Shown one piece after another: positions 13,230 to 24,520 of a stretch of 64,000 nucleotides of DNA. Made by a program: the position numbers and the translations under genes. Below the pieces are notes generated by a model that was not told the DNA's origin, ran no database searches, and saw only the letters and a program-made list of their open reading frames with translations. The stretch is from Takakia lepidozioides. Its lineage: Eukaryota > Plantae > Bryophyta. Within the stretch, counting starts at the first letter, position 1. Each line of letters starts with the position of its first letter. Location: contig CM060733.1 in the NCBI GenBank assembly GCA_030704615.1, positions 1,612,001-1,676,000 of the forward strand, in the 5' to 3' direction.

Positions 13230-13775
13230 AAGCGACCGCCAATAATGGTGGTCGCTCTATTTTAAAAATAAATAAATAAATAAATGTGACGGACATAACT
13301 GGCGGTCGCTGCATTTTCTGAAATTTTAAAAAAAATCATTATTTTTAAATATTTTTTAAATAAATTTCATAGTTTTTTTTATATTTTTAAAATAAAGCGA
13401 CCGCCATATTATGGCAGTCGCTGTTTTGTTTTGTTTTTGTTTTTTAATTTAAAGCTTCCGCCATATTATGGCGGTCGCTGGCTTTTTTAATATATTTGTA
13501 AAATAAAGCGACCGCCATATTATGGCGGTTGCTTGCTTTTTATGTATTATTGAAAACAAGCGACTGCCAATTTTGGCGGTCACTCGTTTTTTATATATTT
13601 TCAAAATTATGCGACCGCCAATACGGAGGTTGCTATTTTAAAAAAAAAATTAGGTGACCGCCAATGCGACCGCTAATTTTGTTTTTTTATAAAAACAATT
13701 TAAGCGAACGCCACGTTGGCGGTCGCTCTTATTTCTAAAATTCCGAAATATATTCCAGAATTGGCGGTCGCTTTC
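13230..13775. repeat. AT-rich array of GCGACCGCCA/TGGCGGTCGC inverted motif pairs (DNA-transposon subterminal region)
   Basis: e.g. aaagcgaccgccatattatggcggtcgct-like units recurring many times. Confidence 0.8.
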
Positions 13776-14195
13776 ATTTATTATTTTCCAAAATGTATTT
13801 GCCACCGCCACTGTGTCCGCGACGTGGCTGCTTAGGTGGCATTATTTTACCTGGTACTTTTTTTACTAGAATATTCCCGGAACCTAACGTGACGGAGGTC
13901 CCATCAGCGTCAGGTCTAACGTGACCTGTCGCTGATAACCGGGGTCCTTCGTGTTGAAGGGTCATGGTTTGGGTATTTATAAATTTTGTCGAAGAGGCCG
14001 TATAATCTAGCATCTCGTTTTTAGTATATCATCACCTTCTGCTTCCACGTTCATGCCCTGTACAATACAGAGGACACGCTTCAGAACTTGCAAGAAACGC
14101 GCCGCAGTACACTGGCCATGATGGACAACGTGCAAGGAGCATCAATGCGTACGTTCGCGGCTGCTGGCAAGTGGCAGACGGCTTTGAATTCATGC

Positions 14196-14392
14196 CCTAA
14201 AAATGGAGGGCTCAGATGGCATTTGCGAACGGATGATCCAGATCCTTCGGCTGGCGCGGACTGGCAGACTGGCAGACTGGGCAGCAGACGGGCACAACGG
14301 ACTGTTGGGTGGACTTGCGGGGACTGGCACAGCGGATTGGCCGGTAGACTGGCGGTTTGGCGGACTATTGTAAAATGAGAGACGGGGATCCT
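14196..14392. repeat. Dispersed repeat homologous to about 27617-27900 (probable terminus of the CAGACT-rich element family)
   Basis: Shared gatccagatccttcggctggcgcggactggcagactggca and gactggcggtttggcggact. Confidence 0.8.
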
Positions 14393-14497
14393 GGTGGTAG
14401 CAGTATTATGCGTTCATGTCGCAGATCACAAGGTCAAAATTCTCATCCGAGATCCCTAAAAGTTTTGTTTTGCTACTTCATGCATAGTGGTTCATAC

Positions 14498-14690
14498 CAG
14501 TGTTGGTCTGGTATGTGTATCAGACCCGAGTATCAACGCTGGTATCAACCCTGGTATTAGGGACCAGACCAGCCTGGTCTTAAGTTCTACTACAATACCA
14601 TGTCATATACCAGACCAACCTGGTATCTGTTTTCTCATACTAGCCACAATACCAATACCCCCCCCCCTCTTCCACTTACTCTGGTATGTA
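14498..14690. mobile_element. hAT-type MITE fragment (same family as 30329/37194 ends)
   Basis: Begins CAGTGTTGGTCTGGTA; internal ATACCAG/CTGGTAT repeats. Confidence 0.5.
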
Positions 14691-14830
14691 TATTATATTA
14701 GTTTATGTGTATATACATGTACTTATGTATATTTATTTTATATTTATTGTATTTGTTTTCCGAAGAGACTACCCTAACCCGACAGTTTGACATCAACAAT
14801 ATGGCTAGGGTAGGTGTATAACGCAGCCCC

Positions 14831-15356
14831 TGTCATGGACATAACCCAGAGGAACTTATCAGGAGTGAATACCAGAAGTTATCAAGTTACCATGTTACCA
14901 AAAGTTACCATGATTTATCATAATTTACCATGATTTACTATAAGTTATCATTAGTTACCAAGTTACCGGGAATTTATCAAATTATCGAGAGTAACTTGGG
15001 AAACTGCTCATGAAGCTTCTCCATCAAGATACCTCATTTCTTTAATGAAACTTCTCCATCAAGAAATTTCCATTAAGGAAGCTTCTTAGGGAACTTCCTA
15101 GTAGTCAGTATATATAGAATTCAGCTTCCAGTACTCTAGCCCAGTTTCCAGTATCTGGCACTCTAATCCAATTTCCAACATTCCAGTATTCAAGTCAAGT
15201 TCCAGTATCTTGTACTCTTGTCCATTGTTATAAAGATCATCTTGATTCTTGTTTATTCATCATGCATTCGGCCACGCCGACCTTGACTTCGTGTCTAGTC
15301 TTGTACCTCTAAGTCTGATCTCTTATTTGTGTTCAGTCATGCCCTCGTCCTTGACA
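14831..15356. mobile_element. Solo LTR
   Basis: TGTCATGGAC...GTCCTTGACA termini; perfect 5-bp TSD GCCCC (14826-30, 15357-61). Confidence 0.88.
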
Positions 15357-16736
15357 GCCCCCAAGTTGGCCCATATGGCTGTCTTGGCTTCATTCTACAA
15401 ACGTGGGAATGGGAAGCAAGATATTGATCAAAGAGCGGAATTGTCTTTATAGGACCCCTGAACTATAAGTCGCGGTTTAAGCTAGGATTTTGCAGATACG
15501 GGTCATTGAATCACAAAAATTGATGGCAAAGCTTCTTCAGTTTAAGAAGCAGACCAAGAACAGTGCGGCCGCGATGCCCTCGTCAAGCAGCTTTGACCTC
15601 AAAGTGACACCGCTTTCTTTGAGCAGATATGTTGATCAAAAAAATAGTTAGACCTGCTTGATGCCAAGTGAACAAAGCGCGCTCCAACACAACCAAGAAG
15701 CAGCGAGAAACATGCACAGTCAACAGTGCTAAAGAAGAGATCTGAAACTCAATCTCAAAAGGGTTCTAAACATATAGAGCAAGTCATCTTATATGAACTA
15801 GGATGAACTGATCAGGGCAAAGGGCAAAAATGAGGAGAGACGAGTAACTAAGCATCACGAAAAGTAAGTGAGATGAAACACAAAGGAAAACTATAAAAGT
15901 TATATTAGAAGAAGTGTCTGGGCAAGACAAAGCAGCCTAGGGTACGGAGAGTTGGAGCTGCTCAGAGGGACTCTAATTAGAGCGATGGCGGCTATCATAG
16001 CTAAACACACTAGTGGGGGGCTAAGAAGGTCAGGCCACTATTAGAAGGAATAGAAAACATTAAAATATGCTGAAAAATAGCGGAGACCTAAAAATTAGAT
16101 GATAGCGACAATTTTGGCGAAGAAATGCGCGGGAGAACGTTCCGCCCTCCCGCTCGACTCCGGTGGACAGAATCTAGGTACATTATCGCTGAAAATAACA
16201 TTAATGAAGATAAACCGCCTTCGTATCAAATACCAAATAAAATTCTAGAAATAAAATCATTCCATCAGTCCAAAAACTAACACAATTAGAAGAACGTCTT
16301 ATTTTCATCACTTCTTGCTTTTGCTCAAATTTATAAAATTCATGGTTATGGACAATATAAATGCATGGCACTTGCAAATGTGGATCAAACTCAATCAATA
16401 TTACCAGGTTTACTGTATGATGAAGCAACAATAGTTCTATTCCTCAAGTGACGTCTTGAATACAAATCATTTTACATGTTGGGAAATATTCGTCCAAACT
16501 TGGTTATGCTCACTCTATGAGATTTAATTGAAACGCCATTGTACAAAGATTTGAATGTTATTATTCACCATCATTGGGCAAGTTTGTTTGCCTTGCATAT
16601 ACACTCAAAATCTCAAACTCAAAGTTCATCATCTGGTAATTCCGATTCTGACAACGATGAAAGAAATTGTACATCAACCGACTCCATGATACATAATTTT
16701 TTTGACGCTCCAAAAATAATGGACTACGAAAATGAT

Positions 16737-16781
<45 letters not shown>

Positions 16782-17795
16782 CGTTTTTTGATTTTTTTGG
16801 GGGGAAAGAAATGGGGATTTGAGCTCTACTTTAATCCTTTGCTTCATGTCCATTCTTACTATGCTCTGTCTTATCAACAAGCTCCGGAACCTCTTCCAAT
16901 ATTCATTTTTTGGTCTTGTGTGACATCTTTTCGGTGACATGACTGTGTGAGTTGGTTCAATTGCAACAACCCCCAAATTATCTTCTTGGCTTTCATGATG
17001 CTCAGGCAAAATCCGGGAAGTATGTGGTCTGGAGCTCTCCCAGACAGCTTAGCCATCACCATATGTTGTCAATTTCCATTCCTTTTCGTCCGGTAGCAAT
17101 GCCCCCATTTCCATCCGAGGTCCAAGCTTGACAATAAGCCGGTCTGCAATGGTGGCCACATAAATGTCATCCTCTGCAATATGTACGATGAGTTTACTTT
17201 CAGAAGAAATGAAATTCCGTCTTCGGACTTCTACAAGCTCGCGAATCTGGCCTTTTATTTTCCATTCAAAATAGTGGTCGTAAAAGATACAAGGAATGTC
17301 TGGGTGGGTAATGATGTAGACATAGCCCATTGCAACTTTATCATCTGGAAAGTTCTAGTGGCGTTGTGTGGAGCCTGTGTCATGGTTGTCTAGGAAAGTC
17401 ACTGCTCGTTGTGGCCACCAGCCAATGAGGCTAAGGGCCTTTCCATTAGCATCTTGAAGGCGCCATAGTTCACCATTTACAATAGCTTGCAACACTCCTT
17501 TTGTGGTGAAGTCAAAAGTGCAGCACCGCCCCCCCGGTTCCATCAATCCAGTCACATAGTTTCTGTCAATGTTAGTCTTGGTTTGAATCAGGGTTGGTGC
17601 CTGTACATGACATTGTTGTCTAAACCTCCCCGACTGCAAACGTTGGGCTAGTGCGCTCACAATACAGGGCACTGGTACAAAGCCCTTGGCAAAATCAAAG
17701 CGCCAACCATCAAATCTTATCTCTGCTCGCAGCCAATTCATCCAGTCGGTAAGCTCATTTTGAACTTGTTTGTTGGTATGGTCTAGGTCAGGGGG
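16737..17795 (-). pseudogene. AMY1: 5'-truncated intronless alpha-amylase (GH13, plant AMY1-type) pseudogene ending in a poly(A) run
   Basis: [72 protein letters not shown]; frameshifts and stops; long T run 16737-16781 on + strand. Confidence 0.9.
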
Positions 17796-18339
17796 GCGTG
17801 CTAGATTGTGAGCAGCTCATATGAGCAGAAAATACTGTGAGTAGAATTCTGCTCACGTTCCTCGGAATTAGAATTTAGGGTTGGGCCTATTACCGCGGTC
17901 CGTGAACTCCTAGAAGCCCTATTGCTGCGAGGCTTAACCGCCAAAAATGGGAGCTTAGTATTCCTGGAGTGTGACTAAGGCTTGGGAGTAAGACTGGTAA
18001 GTGAATGAATGATGGATGAATATGATATGATAAAAATCAGGATGAAAGTAGAGTGGATGAGTAGAGTGGATGAATGTAAAATGTCGATTCTAGTTTGCTT
18101 ATCACGTAAGCAAGGTAAAAAGCTTGAAGAGGGAAGAAGTTGCTTTGGAGGAGAGAGGGGGCGATGCTGCTTTCCGTGTACGATGGCCAATAGGTTTCGT
18201 CTACAGCAATCTCACAAGAGGATTCATTTTCGGTCGCACCCATTTCTGTAACCTTTCTATGTTGCATCTTGTGTTCCATCTCCACTGAGTGAATTGCTCA
18301 ACCACATCACAGAGAGTCATTACAATGGTATGTCTGAAT

Positions 18340-20305
18340 GGCTACATGTCTGGGTCTGGAGTAAGATGGCGTTGACGCCAGCTTAATCTCCACCCCTCTA
18401 AGCTCAAGAAAATTGAAAAAACAGAAAAGAAGCAACCACTCAAGTCATACTGTCTGTTTGTGTACCTGTCTAGCTGCAAGGCGAAGTGGTTCTTAGTTAC
18501 GTCGGCCTCGGCTGGAGTCTTCTCTTTCTCTCTGTGTGTGTACCTATCTGTCTGTCTACCTGTCTATCTGGGTCTGGATTAAGATGGCGTTGACGCTAAC
18601 TTAATCTCCACCCCTCTAAGCACAAGGAAATTGACAAACAGAAAAGCAGAAACCACTCAAGAACCCTGTCTGTCTGGGTCTGGATTAAGATGGTGTTGAC
18701 GCCAGCTTAATCTCCACCCCTTCTAAGCACAAGGAAATTGACAAACTGAAAAGCAGAAACCACTCAAGAGCCCTATCTGTCTGTCTGTCTGGGTCTGGAT
18801 TAAGATGGCGTTGACGCCAGCTTAATTTCCACCCTAAGCAGAAGGATATTGGAAAAATTCAAGTGTCATAAAGAAGCTCAACAAAAATTGTATGTGTTGT
18901 TGAGTTTAAATAAGTGTATTTTAATTTGGCAGAAGCTTAATTCCAGCCAGAAGACATTCTCTTTATTTATTTATTTTTATTTCCCCGAATGTGTCAGATT
19001 AAGGTGACGTTGATGCCACCTTAATTTGGCTGGTCTTCTGGGCTGGAATTAAGCTCCAACAGGGGCTGGGAATTAAGGTGGCATCAATGCTGAGCCTGTT
19101 TCCCTCTACGAACATGGGTGCTCGCCAAGGCTTTTAATTTGTTTTAATTTGTTTTTTTTGTTTTTGGGGTGATTGTCATGTTCCAATAGGGGCTGGGAAT
19201 TAAGCTGGCGTTGATACCACCTTAATGCCGAGCCTGTTTCCCTTTATGAACATGGCTGCTCGCCAAGGCTTTTATTTATTTTTTATTTTGATTTTTTGAT
19301 TTTTGTGTTGAATCGTCATGTTCCAACAGGGGCTGGGAATTAAGGTGGCATTGACGCCACCTTAACCCTTAAACGCCCACTGGGTAAGTTTGACTTTTCC
19401 CAAAATCACTTATCTTTGGGTGAAAAAACCCTGTAATTTCCGGGAAAAAAAGGATTTTGGAAATTTGACCGGAAATTATCTTCCTAACTACCCCCTGCAT
19501 ACACCTGCCAAATTCCAGGCCAATCGGATGGAAATCAAAAAAACACTACCGTTGCATGTGGGGTCCATTTTTTGGGGCAAAAAAAAATAAAATCAAATTG
19601 CAAGTGTTTTTCCGGAAATTTGGATGACGGGATGAAACTCAATTGGGCTGATGCACCTCACTGGTCATCCCCACCACAGCCTACATCCAACAAGCCAAAA
19701 AGTGCTCAAATTGGCCAAGTGTACATCTGCTAGCGGTTGGTCAAAGTAGGGGTGTCAGACCACCTGCAAACGTGCGGGAACTGGAGCGTGCACAACCAAA
19801 ACGCGGGAACCTCCAAGCTTCGCCACATACCCCCCTCTAGAAAAATCGCCATTGCAACTAGCTAATCAAGAATTAGGGCTATCAGGGTTCCCATCTGCAA
19901 ACTAGACGATAGGAGCAAATCCACGGCCCTGATTTTGCAAAATTGATCAAGATCTGGAAAAGTTATGGCTCCTAAAAAATCTTTTGAGGCTCAGTTTCGG
20001 CCTTGCGAGCGTTTAAGGGTTAATGCCTAGCCTATTTCCCTGCAAGAACATGGCTGTTCCCTAAGGTTTAAAAAAATAAAATAAAATAAAATGTTTTAAT
20101 TAGTTTTTGGGTTGAATTCCCATGTGCCAACGGAATTAAGCTTGTGGCAAATTAAAAAACACTTATTTAAACTCAACAACACAAAATAAATGCTCCATTG
20201 TAGGAGTGAGGCCGTGATCTCTACTCATGGAACCAAACAAGTGGTGGCCTTCATATTGAGCTTCTTTATGCCATTTGGTTTTTTTTTCCACCTATTCTTC
20301 TAAAA
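18340..20305. repeat. Array of 26-bp imperfect palindromes TTAAGnTGGCGTTGACGCCAnCTTAA in longer repeat units, with long inverted repeats (about 18841-18944 vs 20132-20300); foldback-like element
   Basis: Copies at about 18361, 18579, 18685, 18800, 18999, 19200, 19340; tgtgttgttgagtttaaataagtg matches the reverse complement of 20159-20182. Confidence 0.8.
19366..20019. mobile_element. piggyBac-type non-autonomous element
   Basis: TTAA|CCCTTAAACGC...GCGTTTAAGGG|TTAA; neighbouring repeat unit (about 19221) shows the empty site cttaatgccgagcctgtttccc. Confidence 0.85.
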
Positions 20306-20314
20306 TTAAGCCTC

Positions 20315-20822
20315 TTGTCCCAAGATTCGTCCCCAGGCGGGGTGGGGACCCTCAATGGAGCGGACACGCAAATCAGGTCGCCACCTAACAGTCCCATTGC
20401 CAACGCGGTCGCCACGGCCATCGATCACCTGCAGTATCAAAGCCCTGAACCAAACTCGTCGCCCCCACAACACTCTTTCGATCAAGCGGAGAATACCCTG
20501 GTTCCTCCAACCACACAGGAGGCAATGCAAGGCAACTTCCCTCTTATTCCCCTGGACATGATTGGCCTCAAGGAAAGAGTCTCAGGCATGGAGGAGTATG
20601 GAATTCTGGTTCACTTCCCTGGAAAGAAGGTTAATAGGAAATTTGTAAAGGATTGGGCATTCAGATTTATGGGAGGGTCAGGAGAGTTCAAATAGCACTG
20701 TTGTCATCCTAAAGGGAGAGGGTTTTTTTTCTAGCATCTTCGAATCACAAGAAGCTGCCTCTAAAGCCCTCTTGCTCAACCCACATGTGCAAGGCTTTAA
20801 CAACAATATCTTCCCCTGGTAT
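20315..20822 (+). mobile_element. L1 ORF1 (DUF4283-like) N-terminal fragment
   Basis: ILVHFPGK..FVKDWA...KGEGFF..FESQEAASKALLLNPH...IFPWYS. Confidence 0.7.
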
Positions 20823-20825
20823 TCA

Positions 20826-21149
20826 AAGATGGGGAAGAATGACAAGCTATGGTTTTTTCCCCTCCTCATCGATGGGGAGACAGATAAAGTCCGGAAGCGT
20901 ATCCTCATCTGGCATCAGTAAGACCATTTTGGGGAAGCCGTTATCGTTCAGTCTGGATGCAATGGTAGCTGACTTCTAGGCTGGGTTTTTCCTGATAATT
21001 TGGGTGTCCGCTAAAGGGTCAAACACCCCTAGGGCTCCCAAGAAGACCCCGAAGTAATTGGCAATGTCAGGCAGGTTCATAAGGTTCTGGTCTGGAATGA
21101 ATGGTAGGGAGACTATGCCCCCTTCTTTGGTTTGGTGCGTTCAAAATCG
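20826..21149 (-). mobile_element. Inverted continuation of the same L1 ORF1
   Basis: DFERTKPK..IVSLPFIPDQNLMNLPDIANYFGVFLG..., the segment expected after IFPW. Confidence 0.6.
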
Positions 21150-21667
21150 ATGCCGGACCCACAACGGCTACTCCTCTTCGCAGGGGCAGCCACTTGTGAA
21201 GGTGCAGGCGCATCAGGCTTCCGTTTTCTCGCCCCTTTGGGCTGCTGGTGCCGATCAGTAGGGGACACGTCGTCTCCTGGTATGCGCCGCGCTTCGGGGT
21301 TTGTACACCCTCTCAACCTCTCCACAAAATGAGTAACCTGCTTCGGGAACTCGACAGCGGGCCAGGGTTTTAGTGGCAACTCAACCTCGTCCCAACCATC
21401 CACCATGTTCAACCAAGGACAACCCTCCCCATCAATGACATGCCTATTCAACCTAACCTTATCCTTCATGGGCCGCCCACAAAACTTGCACTTATAGGGA
21501 TTCCGTTGTTTCGCGCCATCACGAACTCTGAGGTCTGCCTTTGCTATCATCTCCTCCCACTCAATTGGCATATACCAGAAATGAACCTCATCCCCTTTCT
21601 TAGGCTTGTGCCAAAAAACCAGCATACCATCCTCCGGGGGAACAACCTTACGCCTAGTCTTCGCCAT
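21150..21667 (-). CDS. Unknown C2HC zinc-finger protein, paralog B (3'-truncated at junction)
   Basis: MAKTRRK...FWHK..HFWYMP..CKFC-x12-H..GC..KPWP..RLRG..RKRK. Confidence 0.7.
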
Positions 21668-23559
21668 CGGCAACAAGCACACGACGCCAAAATACACAAA
21701 AGAAAAAGCAAGGAACAGAAGCCAGAGAAAACAAGGAAGAGCACACGGATTGCAACGAACAAAAGGAAAACACAACGCATAGACAACAAAGAGGATATGG
21801 AGCAGGCATGAGGAGATGTGAAGGGGGAGCGAACCCCTAGGCAGTGTTAGAACATGGGGATCAAAGTAGGGGGACCAGACACGTGGGGGGATGTTAGTAG
21901 AGGGGAGCAGGCCTGTGCGGAGAGTACTGGATGTGACATGCATGGCGATTCTGTGGTCAGGGAAGTGACACGTGGGCAGCGAAGATAGGGGGGGCGGCGG
22001 GGGGGGGGGGGGGGACCAGACAGTGGAGGAGCAGAAACTCGTGAGAGATTGGATGTTTGGGGATTTTGCAAGTGAGGGATTGAGGGAGGGAGGCAATTCA
22101 TGAGAGGAAGGGGACCAAAACTGCAGGGGCAGAGAACATGAGAAGAGAGCGTTGTGTAGGACGAGTAAAACACCATGCTAGGTCGAAAAAGAAATCCCTA
22201 TAAGTGCATGCATTATGAGCTGGCCGGTATACAACCATCTTGGACTCTGCAACCTCCATCAATCCTATTCAGCTGCCCGATATGCAACCATGTTCGATTT
22301 TGCAAACACACAAATGTTTACATGTCAATCTAGCAAGGTAAGTAGTATGAAAAAAAAAACATGAAGTTGAGGCTAAGTTTAATATGCGAAAGCTACTATA
22401 GTTACAGATCCTCATCCCCCTGCACATGGGATTTGGTGCAGCCTACGCCAATCTTGTACTTCAGCTTTCCAAACAACAAACAACAAACAAGAAAGAGGAA
22501 AACAAGAAAGAACAACAACAAGAACAACAAGAAGAAGAAGAAGAGAAGAAGAAAACCCCTTGTATGCAGTGTATGCAAGACGTTCGTCGCAAGAGAAGCC
22601 CGTCGAAGCAAGAGCACGAACAAGCACGACACCTGGAAACCCTCAACCACGGAGATGGAGCACCCTACCTCCACGACGAAGTGAACAGCACATGCAGGTC
22701 CACGTGGTGCGATACCCACCGTTGGAAATGGAAGGGATTGGGGGATCAGTCGAAGGGGAATCAAAGCAGGAGATCGGCGGCAAGACCTGGGAGGGGGATG
22801 GACGACCGGGGGAGCGCCACGCAGTGGTCCATCGCGCAAAACAATCGGACGGTGGGGGGACGGCCACATGACGTTGAAGAGGGCCAAGGGGGATCAGTCC
22901 CCGGAACCTCGGCGGGGGGAGCGACAGCGCGGGGATTGCGCCGTCCATGGTTGAAGGCCGGGGGACCACGCCTGGGCTCAGGGGATTAGGCCTCTGACCG
23001 TTGGAGGGATCGACGGCGGGGGGGATTGCGACGTGGCGTGTCACTGTGAACGACAATGGTTTCAGGTAAGATTGCAGGTCCTTTACCAATTTACTGTATG
23101 AACGGAAATTGCCGAACTGCATCTATCGATGGTGAAGGAAAGAATTAGCAATGCGATCAAAGTACTCTTCAGTAATTCCAAGCAAGTGCTTTCCCCGCAC
23201 CCCAAAGGTAGGATGTGCCATGGGCATATGTCTGAGTTCCTGAGGCCGTGAGTCATCCATGAGGATTAATTGGACAAGCAGTGGCGGGACATTTTGGACC
23301 TTTGTGGCTGCCAGGGCAACAGAATGTGCGCTTTCGAGGACTTCATTCGCTTCTGCCATAGTAAATGCCATGGAATAATGAAAGGGAACAAAAGGCCACT
23401 AGCCGTCCGTGACAATGCAATGGAGCTCATTATACCAATCCACATTGGCATTGACTTCCCCCACCCTCAGACGGGCAAGTGTCAGGTCCACAGCTTTGGG
23501 ATCAATGAGCGGCAATGGCGAGCGCCAAACTCCAAAAAGTCCCGTGGTGGTCGTGACAA

Positions 23560-23830
23560 TGGGAGTCTGCTGGCTGGGAGTCCGCTGGACAACACTGTGG
23601 TGGATGGGCGTCTTCTGGGTGGCAGTCTGCTGGTTGGGAGTTTCCTGAATAGCAGTCTGCTGGCTGGGATTCTGCAAAGCAGTCTGCTGGATGGGAGTAT
23701 GCTGGACGAGAGTCTGGTACATAGGAGTATGTTGGACAAGACTATGCTGACTGTGAGTCTAGTGGGAAAGAGTCTGCTTGGAAAGAGTATGTTGGGCAAG
23801 AGTCTGCTGGGCAAGAGTCTGCTGGATGCC
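23560..23830 (-). repeat. Coding 15-bp tandem repeat (CAGCAGACTnnnnnn; QQTLA-like pentapeptide)
   Basis: agtctgctg recurring on + strand at about 15-bp spacing. Confidence 0.8.
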
Positions 23831-24109
23831 AGATTGGGTGAGCTCTGTGTCCACCGAGTCTGCAGTGAGTATGGTGTTGACCAGGGAGTTGGCGCGTGCT
23901 TTGTCTGCAGAGTCCAGTGCTGCTATGGCGTTTGTTGAGCCAGGGTACTTAAACAAGATGTACCCCCGCACCCGCTCCACTTCCCGGCGCACCGCATTCA
24001 CTGCTAAAGGAGGGTTGGAGCTCACCGTCCGCCAAGCACATAAGGCCTCCTCAATACTGGCTCATTCATCCTGGTATATGACAGAAAACCCAAAAACTCA
24101 GCATCGGAC

Positions 24110-24520
24110 TCACTAGCAGCAGACTCACGAGCAGACTCACCAGCATCGTGGCACAGAACAAAGGAACCAACAGACTCCATGGACTGACGAGCAAGTCCAC
24201 AAGCATGGGACTGACCAGCAAGTCCACAAGCAGACTGAAGCAGCAGACCAAGCAGGTAGACTACCAACTACGAGCAGACTCATGAGCATCGTGGCATAGA
24301 ACAAAGGAACTAGTGGACTCCAGCGGACTCATGAGTAGACTCACGAGTATCGTGGCACAGAACAAAGGAACCAGCGGACTCCAACAGACTCAACAACAAG
24401 AGACACCTGCGCACGTATAGTAGACTGAACCAGCAGACTGTATGACAACAGACACCTGCGCATAGTGGACTGCAGGAGGGGACGCAACAGACTACCAACT
24501 GTGGGGACAGACTGGGCATT
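24110..24520 (+). repeat. Intronic CAG(C)AGACT motif array with larger duplicated units
   Basis: gcatcgtggcacagaacaaaggaac-like unit three times; dense cagact copies. Confidence 0.8.

Noticed and set aside
16480-16736. Possible Helitron N-terminal fragment (HNFFDAPKIMDYEND)
   Set aside because: Resemblance from memory only, no diagnostic motif.
18340-19365. CRISPR-like palindromic repeat array
   Set aside because: Spacers are homologous to one another and too long; eukaryotic context; no cas genes.
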